NCBI GenBank assembly: GCA_950097015.1
Contig: CATNEN010000001.1
Coordinates: forward strand, 25,544,001 to 25,608,000
Source of the DNA: Macrostomum hystrix
Taxonomy: Eukaryota > Animalia > Platyhelminthes
DNA: 64,000 nt
Direction: 5' to 3'
Positions within the stretch are counted from its first letter, which is position 1; every line of letters starts with the position of its first letter. A model generated the notes under the pieces. That model worked only from the letters and a program-made list of their open reading frames with translations. It was not told the origin of the DNA and ran no database searches. The position numbers were made by a program, and so were the translations under genes. Below are positions 1 to 14,155 of this stretch, one piece after another.

Positions 1-1
1 C

Positions 2-58
2 AAGGAGAGAAAGTCAGCAGAGGAGCTGTGCCTTCACGGCTTCCTGCTGCGACGGTGA
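2..58 (+). CDS. 3' end of an upstream paralogous protein kinase gene (partial; KERKSAEELCLHGFLLRR*)
   Basis: Frame-2 translation matches the kinase subdomain XI pattern and the C-terminus of the kinase at 50209-50313 (RRRKSTAELLSHEFLTGR). It is followed by the same 21-bp repeat and flank as that gene. Confidence 0.7.
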   Translation, partial: KERKSAEELCLHGFLLRR

Positions 59-228
59 CCAAGCTGGCAGACAGACTGGCTGACACTGATAGACCCCCTC
101 ACATTTGTAAACTTCTGAACTTACTTCAGCAGTGTAATTATTTGCTGTTTAATTTTTCCCAACGGATTTAATGCTCATTCATGAGCTGCTCCAATCCCTA
201 CTCGCTATGGTTTAATACTGGATAACCT

Positions 229-449
229 GTGACCATCCTGCATGACTCTTGCATGACCATCCTGCATGACTCTTGTATGACCATCCTGCATGACTCTTGT
301 ATGACCATCCTGCATGACTCTTGCATGACCATCCTGCATGACTCTTGTATGACCATCCTGCATGACTCTTGTATGACCTTCCTGCATGACTCTTGTATGA
401 CCTTCCTGCATGACTCTTGCATGACCTTCCTGCATGACTCTTGTATGAC
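229..449. repeat. 21-bp minisatellite (TGACCATCCTGCATGACTCTTGTA-type), ~10 copies
   Basis: Direct tandem periodicity; same family at 50338-50627. Confidence 0.95.
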
Positions 450-1088
450 CAGCTCGTTTGGCTTTAATGACCAGCTGCTCACATGATTGCCCAGATTCTT
501 GCAGTTTCGCATTGTCCATCAGTTTAATTTGTCAGTGAAACACGAAACTGATGTGTTTATTACTACAGTTACTATTAGTAAACAGCCATAATATACCCAG
601 CTTACTGTGCCAAGACAATTTTGAAACTTTTCCATTCCTCCTTGCTTTGTTGCATTCTCCGGCAGGGCAGGGGGTGGGCGGCTGCCTGGAGCCAAGCACA
701 ATGGGACAGAAGGTGCGGGTCAGCCTGAGCAGCTGCTCAGGGCTCGGTGAGACAGAAGAGCAACAATTATCAGATGAGCACTCTCTGTACTCACTCTGAG
801 CACCTACACTCACGGTCCTCACCTCATTGAACGAGAGACCGCAAAATTTATTATATTATTATATTTCCTATCAATCGCCAGATAGCAACTGGCTGAGCAC
901 ACGAGAAAGCCAAGCAATGAGCTGTGACTGCCCAAGTCGCTCATCTCAGAAATATTTTCTATGAAATCTCTCTGGAATGCGTAAGAGGCTCATTGTACCT
1001 AATGCAGCTCTACTGCTCAGCCTTCACCCCTGTCTGCTCAGAGCTCCTACTTGAGTTCTAGTTTTGTCTCTCAGTCCGATTAGGAACG

Positions 1089-2026
1089 GTTGAGGGAATG
1101 GGGATCGAGTTAAGCGAATGGGGATCGAGTTGAGGGAATGGGGATCGAGTTGAGGGAATGGGGATCGAGTTGAGTGAATGGGGATCGAGTTGAGGGAATG
1201 GGGATCGAGTTGAGTGAATGGGGATCGAGTTGAGGGAATGGGGATCGAGTTGAGGAAATGGGGATCGTTTTGAGGAAATGGGGATCGAGTTGAGGAAATG
1301 GGGATCGTTTTGAGGAAATGGGGATCGAGTTGAGGAAAAGGGGATCGAGTTGAGGAAATGGGGATCGTTTTGAGGAAATGGGGATCGAGTTGAGTGAATG
1401 GGGATCGAGTTGAGGAAATGGGGAATAATAAAAATAATTGCAGGAGGGCTGCGGGCAATGACACATAGTTTGGTGACACTAGACCCGCAGCCAGCGAGGA
1501 GGCAATTCTGCCCATTTCGCTGACTCCTGAGCACACACGCACACAGATACTGTACGCAGGCATACGCTCACACAGCTGTGTACATCTGCCCTGACTTTCT
1601 CATCGTCAGGCAGTGTACACTCGAACTGTGCCTTGGAGGTTGGCCCTCAAGGGCGTAAATTGCACGACAAGCCCCGAAGCCTTCTCTCCGCGGCTGCGCC
1701 CCAAATAAATGTGGCCTCGCCGTGGAATCGAACTTAGGGACTGTGGTGCGAGAGGCAAACGCGTTAACCGCTCTGCCACCGACCCCCGAGGAAATGGGGA
1801 TCGTTTTGAGGAAATGGGGATCGAGTTGAGGAAAAGGGGATCGAGTTGAGGAAATGGGGATCGTTTTGAGGAAATGGGGATCGAGTTGAGTGAATGGGGA
1901 TCGAGTTGAGGGAATGGGGATCGAGTTGAGGAAACTGGGATCGAGTTGAGGGAATGGGGATCGAGTTGAGGAAACTGGGATCGAGTTGAGGAAATGGGGA
2001 TCGAGTTGAGGGAATGGGGATCGATT
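1089..2026. repeat. 20-bp minisatellite GGGATCGAGTTGAGG(G/A)AATG in two arrays (1089-1424, 1788-2026)
   Basis: Direct tandem periodicity. Confidence 0.95.
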
Positions 2027-3295
2027 GCATATTTTCAGCAGAGCAGCTCAACTGCCGCCTCAGGCTGTGAGCTCGCGTCCCTCCCTCTGCCTCCATTCTC
2101 TGTGCTTGAGACGCGCCGTGCGACCTTCCCCTGCCCCAGCAGTGCCAGTGGAAAACTGAGAGAAGGCTGGGCTGAGAGACAAAAGAGACAGACTGGCTGC
2201 TTATGATCTCAGAGCATTTCTATGAACTCAATTAGCAATAGGAAATGCCATCTGCATTGAGCAGTGTCTGAAATAAGTCTATTTCTCAAAGCAGGTATTC
2301 ACTGCCAGGATGGCATTGTGCGGGGCTGCCCTCTCCCTCTACCCCACTTTGCCCTGTCTCATACGATGCAGATTTCATACACGAGCCACGAATCCTGAGC
2401 AGTTGAGGTGGTTCGCCAGGGACATTGGAATGGGGCTACTGTCACGTAGCGTGACCATGCAGGTCATGAAATGCCTGGCATTCCATTCTCTTCCAAAAGA
2501 CGGCCTGGCAGCCTTTGCCGCTGCGCTCCATCCACTGTGAGGGCGGGGCAGCTCGTCCTCTCCAGCCGCACCTCCCCCTCCTGCCCTCCCAGCCTTCTAT
2601 TGTTCAGAAAGCACAGAGAGCAGCGCAGTGCCCACCCAGCCCTGCACAGCTCGGAGATGGAGCTGGGGAGGCTGAGAGCCGGTGAGACAACTGGCTTCCA
2701 TTCTCAGAAACACCTGAGGCTGAGTTACTCTCTCCTCACTGTCTCGGCCGCAGATGCAGAAGAGAGGCTGGGCAGTGGAGTCACGTGACCGCACAGAACT
2801 CGCACCTCATTGGCTGAGCCGTGCACTGAGACTGCGGCCTCGGCTCTCCCAGGACAGACCGAAGTTTCACTTGGAATCGGTTGGCCTTGCAGCGCGATTG
2901 AAAGGCAGATTATGTCCCAACTGACTACTGTGGGTAGGACTAATGCGCTGGGCTGAATTTCTGAGAAATCCAGGCCTTGGGGAATCCCGAGATTGCGGAG
3001 AATCCGAAAGGTTGCGACTATTTTTTGCTTTAGCCAACACTTGAACTTCTGCTATAACTTCTGCACAATGATCAGCCCGTCTCCCACATCCCCAGACTTT
3101 TTTGCTGGCATGGAAAGCTGCTGTTTTAATTATACAGTCACCATGGAAACCAAACACAGCTGTGACTGCACTACTGTGGCTGCGAGTATTTGAAATCTCT
3201 TACCATTGATATCACAATATTCTCTGCAGGTTAACCTGACAGAGCAGTTGATCTGCCTTGCACTTTTAAATCTTTCAGGCACTTCTAGAACTCGT

Positions 3296-4341
3296 ATCGA
3301 TTTGGGGGAATGGGGATCGATTTGGGGGAATGGGGATCGATTTGGGGAATGGGGATCGATTTGGTGGAATGGGGATCGATTTGGGGAATGGGGATCGATT
3401 TGGGGAATGGGGATCGATTTGGGGAATGGGGATCGATTTGGGGAATGGGGATCGAGTTGTGGGGATTGTGATATGGGATTGCAGTGTGGTATTGGGATGT
3501 GGGATTGGGATTACAGTGTGGTATTGGGATGTGGGATTGGGATTACAGTGAGGCATCGGGATTTGGGATTGGGATTACAGTGAGGTATCAGGATGTAGGA
3601 TTACAGTGAGGTATTGGGATGTGGGATTGCAGTGTGGTATTGGGATGTGGGATTGCAGTGTGGTATTGGGATGTGGGATTGGGATTACAGTGAGGTATCG
3701 TGATTTGGGATTGGGATTACAGTGAGGTATTGGGATGTGGGATTGCAGTGAGGTATTGGGATGTGGGATTGCAGTGAGGTATTGGGATGTGGGATTACAG
3801 TGTGGTATTGGGATGTGGGATTACAGTGAGGTATTGGGATGTGGGATTGAGTCAGCTGTGAGAATTGGGAGTCACCTGAGAGAATGGGGAGCCAGCTGTG
3901 AGAATGGGGAGTCAGCTGTGAGAATGGGGAGTCAGCTGAGAGAATAGGGAGTCAGCTGAGAGAATGGGGAGTCAGCTGAGAGAATAGGGAGTCAGCTGAG
4001 AGAATGGGGGGTCAGCTGAGAGAATGGGGAGTCAGCTGTGAGAATGGGGAGTCAGCTGAGAGAATAGGGAGTCAGCTGAGAGAATGGGGAGTCAGCTGAG
4101 AGAATAGGGAGTCAGCTGAGAGAATGGGGGGTCAGCTGAGAGAATGGGGAGTCAGCTGAGAGAATGGGGGGTCAGCTGAGAGAATGGGGAGTCAGCTGAG
4201 AGAATAGGGAGTCAGCTGAGAGAATGGGGAGTCAGCTGAGAGAATGGGGGGTCAGCTGAGAGAATAGGGAGTCAGCTGAGAGAATGGGGGGTCAGCTGAG
4301 AGAATAGGGAGTCAGCTGTGAGAATGGGGAGTCAGCTGAGT
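3296..4341. repeat. Three abutting minisatellites: GGGATCGATTTGGGGAATG (3296-3458), GGGATTACAGTGAGGTATTGGGATGT (~3465-3848), GAGTCAGCTGAGAGAATGGG (3849-4341)
   Basis: Direct tandem periodicity. Confidence 0.95.
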
Positions 4342-5088
4342 AAGGATCTGGTTGAGACTATGGAGATCGAAAAAAGAGTAAACATTTTCTGAAATTTGAT
4401 AACCAATTCAGGCTGACAATTTGAAAGATATTCATCCCGTGAGACCTGTACTCAAAGCTCACTAGCTACTTATTTTTTTGAAGTCTCTAATTCGACTCCT
4501 GAGTCCTGGAGCATGAAATTCATTTTGAAGCAGCTCAGATTTTGGCCCTGCTCACCCTGAGCAGTGCTCACTGTTGTCTCCAGTTTGCACTGCAGGGCAG
4601 CTGGCTGAGGGAGGGCCGATGGACTCAGAATAAGGACCTCTAAAAATAGCACCTGCACTGTGAGATGTGAGCAGAGTCGAAAACCCGATGAGATGCTCAG
4701 AATTCTAGTTGAATGGAATCGGCCATGGCAGAGAGAATTTTAGCAGCACAAATGCCTGATTCTGCAGCCTGGGCTCGAACCCACAGCCTGCGGAGTCCCA
4801 GCCGATTCTCCCAACTGCCGTCACTCTGCAGGTCATTTATAATTATGATTTATGATTCCAGCTGGCTCACCATGGGAGCGGGCAGAGGACATTGCAGCAG
4901 GAGGCGCCCACGACTGCAAGAGACAGAAGAGCGAGAGAATGAAGGGACAGGCAATGCTGATGGGCCTGTGGCTTTTGCCCGACTGGCAACTTTTGGTTGT
5001 GCTTGCAAAAGACAAATGTTGTTTCTCATTGTCACGGTGCTTATTGGTATCCAAGGACTCGAGAATCTCAAGGACATCTCCGCGTCTG

Positions 5089-5679
5089 ACAAGGATTAGC
5101 ATGTCTTACAAGGATTAGCATGTCCTACAAGGATTAGCATGTCGTACAAGGATTAGCATGTCCTACAAGGATTAGCATGTCCAACAAGGATTAGCATGTC
5201 CTACAAGGATTAGCATGTCTTAAAATGATTAGCATGTCCTACAAGGATTAGCATGTCTTAAAATGATTAGCATGTCCTACAGGGATTTGCAAGGATTAGC
5301 ATGTCCTACAAGGATTAGCATGTCCTACAAGGATTAGCATGCCTACAAGGATTAGCATGTCCTACAAGGATTAGCATGTCCTACAAGGATTAGCATGTCC
5401 TACAAGGATTAGCATGTCCTACAAGGATTTGCGTTTCCTACAAGGATTAGCATGTCCTATAATTAAGTATTGCCATGTCCTAACAGGATTAGCATGTCCT
5501 ACAAGGATTAGAATGTCCTACAAGGATTAGCATGTTCTACCAGGATTAGCATGTCCTACAAGGATTAGCATGTCCTACCAGGATTAGCATGTCCTACCAG
5601 GATTAGCATGTCCTACAAGGATTAGCATGTCCTACAAGGATTAGCATGTCCTACAAGGATTAGCATGTCCTACAAGGAT
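5089..5679. repeat. 19-bp minisatellite GGATTAGCATGTCCTACAA
   Basis: Tandem periodicity; paralogous arrays at 51580-51740 and 52839-53416. Confidence 0.95.
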
Positions 5680-7454
5680 CGCATAAGATTTCTGCGAAAA
5701 ATTCGAAAGCAAATGGTGCTGGTCAAACGGGATGCCGAATGTTAATATAAAAAATACATTTTTCCTTGAGCTGAATGTGAGGCCGGATGAGCACGGGAAG
5801 TTACGAATGGAGAAGTGGGGATCGAGTTGAGTGAACCGAGTTAAGGTTTGAAAAAAATCTATAAATTTGTCATTTTGAGTCAGAGGTTTTTCATGCAAAT
5901 TTTTATGTGATAACCTTGAGCTGAAATTGTGTTCGCAAGCGAGACTGAGACAATGAATCCAGTTCGAACCAGTTTAGCTGTTTTGCACCTTAAGTTTTGA
6001 GCGGCGATAGGCTTGGGGATGCACTTTGATTACTTTTTTAACCGACCGCTTGTTTACTGCATCTCAATTAAATAGCCATTCGACCTTCCCTGGCTCCGAG
6101 AGCGCAGATGAAAGAAGCTGAGAGATGGGCCGAGCAGAGGGCGACAACAATGCCGCAAACACGAGAAACTTGCGGCTGCGGAGTGGCGCCACGTGCATTG
6201 CCCTATTGTACGTGAGCGGTAGACTGCAATGGCGGCTGCTTCTGAGCTGAGAAACTTGTCCACTGAAGAAAATAGACAAACAATAATAGGCAAAGATATG
6301 AAGAGATGCAAATAAATAATTTACATTTAGCGAAGGAATAGAAACGAAATCTACTGCCAGTAGCTGTGGCTTAGCACAAAGCCGATGAAAAATTCTGAAA
6401 CGGACATAGGTTTTTGCTTTCGCAAAAGCAACGCAAACATTTTTGTTAAAGAACAGGATGGGAAGCCTCCTGGCTTGCATCGCCCCTGAGCCTGAATATA
6501 GAACCTGGAAGGACACTTCCCACGAAACCCGGGGTTGTAATGTAAATTAACTCGTAAAATGTAAATTAACTCGTAAAATACACAAGTAATAACAAAAAGT
6601 ATTTGTCCTATAGTAAATTAGAATTCATTAAAGATATGGGGGAGTGTTTTGGCTTAATCAAAACTAATTATTTTTTTTGTATGGCGCTATATAATAGACA
6701 TACAATTCAGACTGAACGGACAATATTTAAGCAGTTTTTTTCCGAGAAGAGAGATCTAAACTAATGCCTACTACTTAAACCGATTGTGGTCTGTGGACGT
6801 TTCGTCTTTCAGCTCATTTTTTGGTGAATCTGATTGTTAAACTGAACCTTCCATGCACAGTATAATCTAGTGATATAATTTATATGTTTTAATATAAAAA
6901 ACAACAGTAAGAGTGCTATTAATAATATCTACTGTACTACATAATTACTTAATATAGTTGTTGTAATCTCAAGCTGGTATTTTTAATAAATCTCACTCAT
7001 AATTGCTAAGTTGTCACAATAATTCATTATGCAAAGACAATTTAGAAAGAATAACCCTACACAGAATTTTATTTGCTGTAATTGTCACATGGGATAAAAT
7101 TAAGCATCTGTCTTTAGTTCTGTATTTTTAATGCTTAATGCTAATGGTTCTTTCAACTGAACGATCCACTTAAAAAATAAATATGTGGTAATTTTTTAAA
7201 CGATTTTGCTAGTGCATTTAAACAATTATGCATTACACAATGAATTTGTTTCCAAGAAATTATTATAAGTAGTGTAAGTTGTAAAATATTTGAAAGCTAG
7301 TAATGTGTCTGTGTATATTTCTTAGAATTATATATTATTTTTGTTTATCTTGCTACAAAATGATTGTCTACTTGTACATTAGTTATTTATTGAATATTAT
7401 AACAACTTTGGTAGCCCTAGTAACCTTAGAGCTGTCTCACCTGGGATCTTCCAG

Positions 7455-9612
7455 TGCGCGAGCAGACGCTGTACCTGAAGGCTGATCGACCGCTGCGGCC
7501 GGGCGATCGACTCACCACTCGACTGACCAGCAGCGACGATGCCGACGAAGAAATGCCGCCGCCGACAATGCCGAGGCTGCTGATCCGCAGGAACTCCAAT
7601 AGGTCCGCGTAGAAGACGACGATTGCGATGATGACGAGTCCGCGGTGCGTCCTGAAGCAGCCGAGCCGCGAAAGAGAGCGGCGAGCGTCGACGCCTGCGG
7701 CTCCGACAGTCGGCTGGCCAAGACGCCGCGCCTGCAGACGGGCCGCGCCCAGCAGGCCGAAGCCGCCGTCCGCTCTCCGATCCGCAGCTGCGCCAGTCGG
7801 CCGGAGCTGGTGCTGGCGGCTCCCGCGCTCAGTGACTGGGGCAGCATCTCCTACGTGCCAGTCAGCCCAGCGCAGTACTCGACTGAGGCTCCGCAGCGGC
7901 TGCAGCTGCGGCAGCGAAGGCTGCAGCAGCCGCAGCTGGAGGAGCAACCGATGATGGAGCAGCAGGAAGCTGGCTCGGATGTTAGCGGGTGAGTATCTGT
8001 GCAAATACAATCTCTCTTATCAGTGGCTTCAGTTTCTCGCACCGCCTCTGATCTCTGAAACCCGCGATTCTGTGAAACCCAGCAGCGGCTGCTCGCCAGA
8101 TCTGCCATCTGAGACCGCGGCGCTGGACCTGACCCTGCCCAGAGCGCCGTCTCCGCCGAGGAGCACCGTCAGTGCGGGACCATTGTCCAGAGCGGCCCCC
8201 AGCCTTCAGCAGCAGCAGCAGCCCAGGCAGCGCAGCCGGCCGCCAGTCGACGGCCTCGACCAGCAGAGCCGCCCGGGCCCAGAGCAGTCGCCGAGTCCGA
8301 GGAAATCTCAGCCTTCGGCCGGCCCCGTGTCCAGCCTGATGAGTGTGTGCAAGGACTGCAAGATCGGCTTCTTCAACTACAACAACTACGTTGTGCACCG
8401 CTCTCTATACTGCCAGAGCAGCCGCTTGGCTCAGGGGGCTGGCACACCCGGCAACTCGGTTGGCTGCAGCAGCAGCAGCAGCCAACCATCCAGCTGCAGG
8501 AGCAAAAGCAGACTCCAATCCTAGCAGTTCCTGTTCTGCCAACACCCAAGCTCGAGGCCCAACCCCCTGCGGCAGCCGGCAGCGCGAGTCACCCTCCCAC
8601 TGGATCAGCTGAGCGCAAATTCCAGTGCCCCTACTGCCAGATCCGATTCCACTCGCCATCCACCCTCACAGCGCATCAGGCGTTCTACTGCCCGGAGAAT
8701 CCAGACAAAACTGCGCCCTCCAACACGGCCACCAACACACTGCCATCGACTGCCGCAGCTCCAGCTGCTGCTGCTGCTGCTGCTGCTGCCTCTGCATCGA
8801 CTGCCGACAGTTCGGCATCAGCCACGTCAGCTGCCGCCACCGGCGACGCGGCAGGGTCCGGCTGCAGTCAGCCGTCCTGGCTGGCGATCTCTCTGGACGT
8901 CGGTGGAAGCGGAGCCGGCGGCTACAAGTGCTCCATCTGCGGCTACATCGGCCAGACTGAGCGCGGCATGAAGATGCACGCCAAGGTGCACTGCGGCTTC
9001 GGCGGCGGCAGCGGCCTCGGCACCGTGGCGGCTCCCAGCGGCGGCAGCTCCTCCTCAGCGCTGTCCCCATCGGAGACTTCAACAGGCGACGGCATCCGGC
9101 TGCCGAACGCCTTCGCCGGCGACCTGCTGTGCAGCATGAGCCCAGAGGAGCTGGGCATGCTGCAGCACAAAACACAGCCCTACAGCAAGCGGAGAACTTT
9201 TAAACGAGTGGCGCCGCCACTGGCGCAGCAGCAGCAGCAGACACTCCAGCTGCCACTGTCGCTTCACCCGGAGCTGCTCCGACATCAGCTCCAACAGCTG
9301 CATCAGCAGCACCAGCTGGCCATCTCTGCTGCCGGAGCCAGCGCCGCAGCCGCTGCTGCTGCGGCCGTTGCTGGAGCTGGCTTTCGACTGAGCCGATGCG
9401 GCAGAGACAGCGAAGACGCTCAGCAGCAGCAGCAGCTGGATCAGCTGGTCTGTTTTCGCTGCGGCGAGTCATTTGAACAGCTGGAGTCCCTGCTGGAGCA
9501 TCAGGAGACCGCCTGCGCCGGCCTGAGCACCACTGCCGCGGCTGCCGTAGAAGCGGCGGCTGCAGCCGTCAAGCTGGAGGTGCGGGCAGCTGACAGCCTT
9601 GGCAGAGTTTAG
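7455..9612 (+). pseudogene. FOG/U-shaped (ZFPM)-like multi-zinc-finger gene, copy 1, disrupted; exons 7455-7988 and 8083-9612
   Basis: FOG-type CCHC fingers CKDCKIGFFNYNNYVVHRSLYC and CPYCQIRFHSPSTLTAHQAFYC; C2H2 CSICGYIGQTERGMKMHAKVH; PxDLS-like ALDLT; PR/SET-end-like TLYLKADRPLRPGDRLT; in-phase GT-AG intron 7989-8082. Lesions versus copy 2: 1-bp deletion at 7555/6, 120-bp deletion at ~7796, net 16-bp frameshift at ~8460. In-frame TAG at 7600-7602 is shared with copy 2. Confidence 0.8.
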
Positions 9613-9772
9613 TGGATGCGGCTCAACATTATCTATGCGTAATATACTACTGCCCTTCTCTATGATGCCATTTCAATACATCAATGGGCTGCAGATGGGA
9701 TTCGAATACAACCTTTGAATGCTTCTGTGACTGGGAATCAGGATTCTTCGAATCATGGGAATCTGACGACAG

Positions 9773-9984
9773 GGGATTCTGTGAATCATGGGGATTGGGG
9801 AAAGATTGGATTCTGTGAATCATGGGGATTGGGGAAAGATTGGATTATGTGAATCATGGGGATTGGGGAAAGATTGGATTCTGTGAATCATTGGGATTGG
9901 GGAAAGATTGGATTCTGTGAATCATGGGGATTGGGGAAAGATTGGATTCTGTGAATCATGGGGATTGGGGAAAGATGGGATTCT
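9773..9984. repeat. 34-bp minisatellite GATTCTGTGAATCATGGGGATTGGGGAAAGATTG
   Basis: Tandem periodicity; paralog at 61720-61922. Confidence 0.9.
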
Positions 9985-10344
9985 TATATCTTTTCATCCC
10001 GCCCGCAGTCCAGTAGGACATGAGTTTAAACAAAAAATAATTTCAAATTTAGATTCTGAAGACTTATATTGTTTACCCAAGTGACACACCCGCCAATTAC
10101 AATTTACTGCACAGTGAATACACTTTGAATTGCTTAAAAATTATTGTGCTTCAAATAGCAGAAAAATCTGTACATCAATACTTGTGAGTAGAATGTGACA
10201 TGCTAATATATTCATTGTTGCCCTGGCAACCAAATTTGCAAAGCTGCTCCAATCACGGACAGCAATCACGCCTATAAACTATTTGTGAGTATTGTGTTCT
10301 AGTCCACTGTCTGATCTATTTTTAGATTTATGTCATGTTTTTAT

Positions 10345-12754
10345 GTCACTCTCTCATATCTTCTGTCACTCTCTCATATCTTCTGTCACTCTCTCATATC
10401 TTCTGTCACTCTCTCATATCTTCTGTCACCCTCTCATGTCTTCTATCACTCTCTCATATCTTCTGTCACTCTCTCATATCTTCTGTCACTCTCATATCTT
10501 CTGTCACTCTCTCATATCTTCTGTCACTCTCTCATGTCTTCTGTCACTCTCTCATATCTTCTGTCACTCTCTCATATCTTCTGTCACTCTCTAATTTCTT
10601 CTGTCACTCTCTCATGTCTTCTGTCATCTCTCATATCTTCTGTCCCTCTCTCATATCTTCTGTCACTCTCTCATATCTTCTGTCACTCTCTCATGTCTTC
10701 TGTCACTCTCATATCTTCTGCCACTCTCTAATTTCTTCTGTCACTCTCTCATATCTTCTGTCACCCTCTCATATCTTCTGTCACTCTCTCATATCTTCTG
10801 TCACCCTCTCATGTCTTCTGTCACTCTCTCATATCTTCTGTCACTCTCTCATATCTTCTGTCACTCTCATATCTTCTGTCACTCTCTCATATCTTCTGTC
10901 ACTCTCTCATGTCTTCTGTCACTCTCATATCTTCTGCCACTCTCTAATTTCTTCTGTCACTCTCTCATGTCTTCTGTCACCCTCATATCTTCTGTCACTC
11001 TCTCATATCTTCTGTCACTCTCTCATGTCTTCTGTCACTCTCATATCTTCTGCCACTCTCTAATTTCTTCTGTCACTCTCTCATGTCTTCTGTCACCCTC
11101 TCATATCTTCTCTCACTCTCTAATTTCTTCTGTCACTCTCTCATGTCTTCTGTCATCTCTCATATCTTCTGTCCCTCTCTCATCTTCTGTCACTCTCTCA
11201 TGTCTTCTGTCACCCTCTCATATCTTCTCTCACTCTCTCATATCTTCTGTCACTCTCTCATATCTTCTGTCACCCTCTCATGTCTTCTGTCACTCTCTCA
11301 TGTCTTCTGTCATTTCTCATATCTTCTGTCCCTATCTCATATCTTCTGTCACTCTCTCATGTCTTCTGTCACTCTCATATCTTCTGCCACTCTCTAATTT
11401 CTTCTGTCACTCTCTCATGTCTTCTGTCACCCTCATATCTTCTGTCACTCTCTCATATCTTCTGTCACTCTCTCATGTCTTCTGTCACTCTCATATCTTC
11501 TGCCACTCTCTAATTTCTTCTGTCACTCTCTCATGTCTTCTGTCACCCTCTCATATCTTCTCTCACTCTCTAATTTCTTCTGTCACTCTCTCATGTCTTC
11601 TGTCATCTCTCATATCTTCTGTCCCTCTCTCATCTTCTGTCACTCTCTCATGTCTTCTGTCACCCTCTCATATCTTCTCTCACTCTCTCATATCTTCTGT
11701 CACTCTCTCATATCTTCTGTCACTCTCTCATGTCTTCTGTCACTCTCTCATGTCTTCTGTCATTTCTCATATCTTCTGTCCCTATCTCATATCTTCTGTC
11801 ACTCTCTCATATCTTCTGTCACTCTCCCATATCTTCTGTCACTCTCTCATGTCTTCTGTCACTCTCTCATATCTTCTGTCACTCTCTCATATCTTCTGTC
11901 ACTCTCTCATATCTTCTGTCACTCTCTCATGTCTTCTGTCACTCTCATATCTTCTGCCACTCTCTAATTTCTTCTGTCACTCTCTCATATCTTCTGTCAC
12001 TCTCCCATATCTTCTGTCACTCTCTCATGTCTTCTGTCACTCTCTCATATCTTCTGTCACTCTCTCATATCTTCTGTCACTCTCTCATATCTTCTGTCAC
12101 TCTCTCATGTCTTCTGTCACTCTCATATCTTCTGCCACTCTCTCATGTCTTCTGTCACTCTCTCATGTCTTCTGTCACTCTCTCATGTCTTCTGTCACTC
12201 TCTCATGTCTTCTGTCACTCTCATATCTTCTGCCACTCTCTCATGTCTTCTGTCCCTCTCTCATATCTTCTGTCACTCTCTCATGTCTTCTGTCACTCTC
12301 TCATATCTTCTGTCACTCTCTCATATCTTCTGTCACTCTCTCATGTCTTCTGTCACTCTCATATCTTCTGCCACTCTCTCATGTCTTCTGTCACTCTCTC
12401 ATGTCTTCTGTCACTCTCTCATGTCTTCTGTCCCTCTCTCATATCTTCTGTCACTCTCTCATGTCTTCTGTCACTCTCTCATATCTTCTGTCACTCTCTC
12501 ATGTCTTCTGTCATTTCTCATATCTTCTGTCCCTCTCTCATATCTTCTGTCACTCTCTCATGTCTTCTGTCACTCTCATATCTTCTGCCACTCTCTCATG
12601 TCTTCTGTCCCTCTCTCATATCTTCTGTCACTCTCTCATGTCTTCTGTCACTCTCTCATATCTTCTGTCACTCTCTCATGTCTTCTGTCACTCTCTCATG
12701 TCTTATGTCACTCTCTCATGTCTTCTGTCACTCTCTCATATATTCTATCACTCC
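10345..12754. repeat. 20-bp pyrimidine-rich minisatellite CTCTCTCAT(A/G)TCTTCTGTCA
   Basis: ~2.4-kb tandem array with 18-bp variants; shorter paralog at 62292-62880. Confidence 0.95.
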
Positions 12755-13290
12755 CATCGACTTGTCCCTTCAGCAAACACATTGGCAATGAATTAACAGC
12801 TCAACAACATACCATAGACGGTGGCAGTGCCAGAGCATTAGGCTGCATCTTCAGCAACGGTGGAGGAGTCAGGAAGTGACAAATTTCAATGCGCGATGTA
12901 CGCTACTCGAATGCTTGGTTGTTAGTAGTATCAAACGCATTCGCAATGCAGAAATGAGATCAGACTCACCGCTTCTCCATTTCTAGTGAGCACAGACAAG
13001 CTGGATTTCACTCCCATGCTGGAGAATTCTCCAATCTCCGAATGGCGACACTTGCTCCAGCCGATGAAGCTAGAGAGTCTGTACATAACATGGTTGCGAA
13101 TTCCATTTCTGAAGGAATTTTATTGATTCGTTTTATCATTTCGGTAACCCAATTAAGTCGACAATCCTTACCATTTAGAGATCTTCAGTGCACCCAACAA
13201 GCTGCAAAATCTGATGTAACTGGGGGATGGAACAATACGAGCGCTAGAAATCCCACGGTGCTGATCCCAACCCTGGACCCCCGATCCACG

Positions 13291-13325
13291 GACTACTCAG
13301 GTAGACTACTATCTACTACTACTAT

Positions 13326-13399
<74 letters not shown>

Positions 13400-13414
13400 T
13401 CTATTACTACTACA

Positions 13415-13448
<34 letters not shown>

Positions 13449-13462
13449 TCTACTACTACTAT

Positions 13463-13503
<41 letters not shown>

Positions 13504-13556
13504 TTACTACTACTACTGCTACTACTATCTACTACTACTACTACTACTACTACTAT

Positions 13557-13622
<66 letters not shown>

Positions 13623-13637
13623 TCTATTACTACTACA

Positions 13638-13677
<40 letters not shown>

Positions 13678-13783
13678 TCTACTACTACTATTACTACTAC
13701 TACTATTACTACTACTACTACTACTACTATCTATTACTACTACAACTACTACTACTACTACTACTACTATCTACTACTACTAT

Positions 13784-13815
<32 letters not shown>

Positions 13816-13816
13816 T

Positions 13817-13867
<51 letters not shown>

Positions 13868-13882
13868 TCTATTACTACTGCA

Positions 13883-13913
<31 letters not shown>

Positions 13914-14155
13914 TCTACTACTATTACTACTACTACTATTACTACTATCTACTACTACTACTATCTACTATCTACTATTACTACTACTACTATTACTACT
14001 ATCTACTACTACTACTATCTACTACTATTACTACTACTACTATTACTACTATCTACTACTACTACTATCTACTACTACTATTACTACTACTACTATTACT
14101 ACTATCTACTACTACTACTATCTACTATCTACTAGTGGACTACTATCTACTAGTG
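13291..14155. repeat. Imperfect (TAC)n microsatellite inside the transposon
   Basis: Trinucleotide periodicity interrupted by TATC units. Confidence 0.95.

Noticed and set aside
8347-9612. Intact 421-aa zinc-finger gene
   Set aside because: The N-terminal part is out of frame relative to copy 2 (frameshift at ~8460) and the ORF has no proper ATG start; it is part of a pseudogene.
10292-12879. Ser/Leu/His-rich ORFs up to 661 aa
   Set aside because: Translation of the 20-bp satellite in all three frames; array length differs about 4-fold in the paralog.
12780-13200. Coding-looking segment (also 62900-63330)
   Set aside because: No recognisable domain, and frame-breaking indels differ between the two copies; a gene call cannot be supported.
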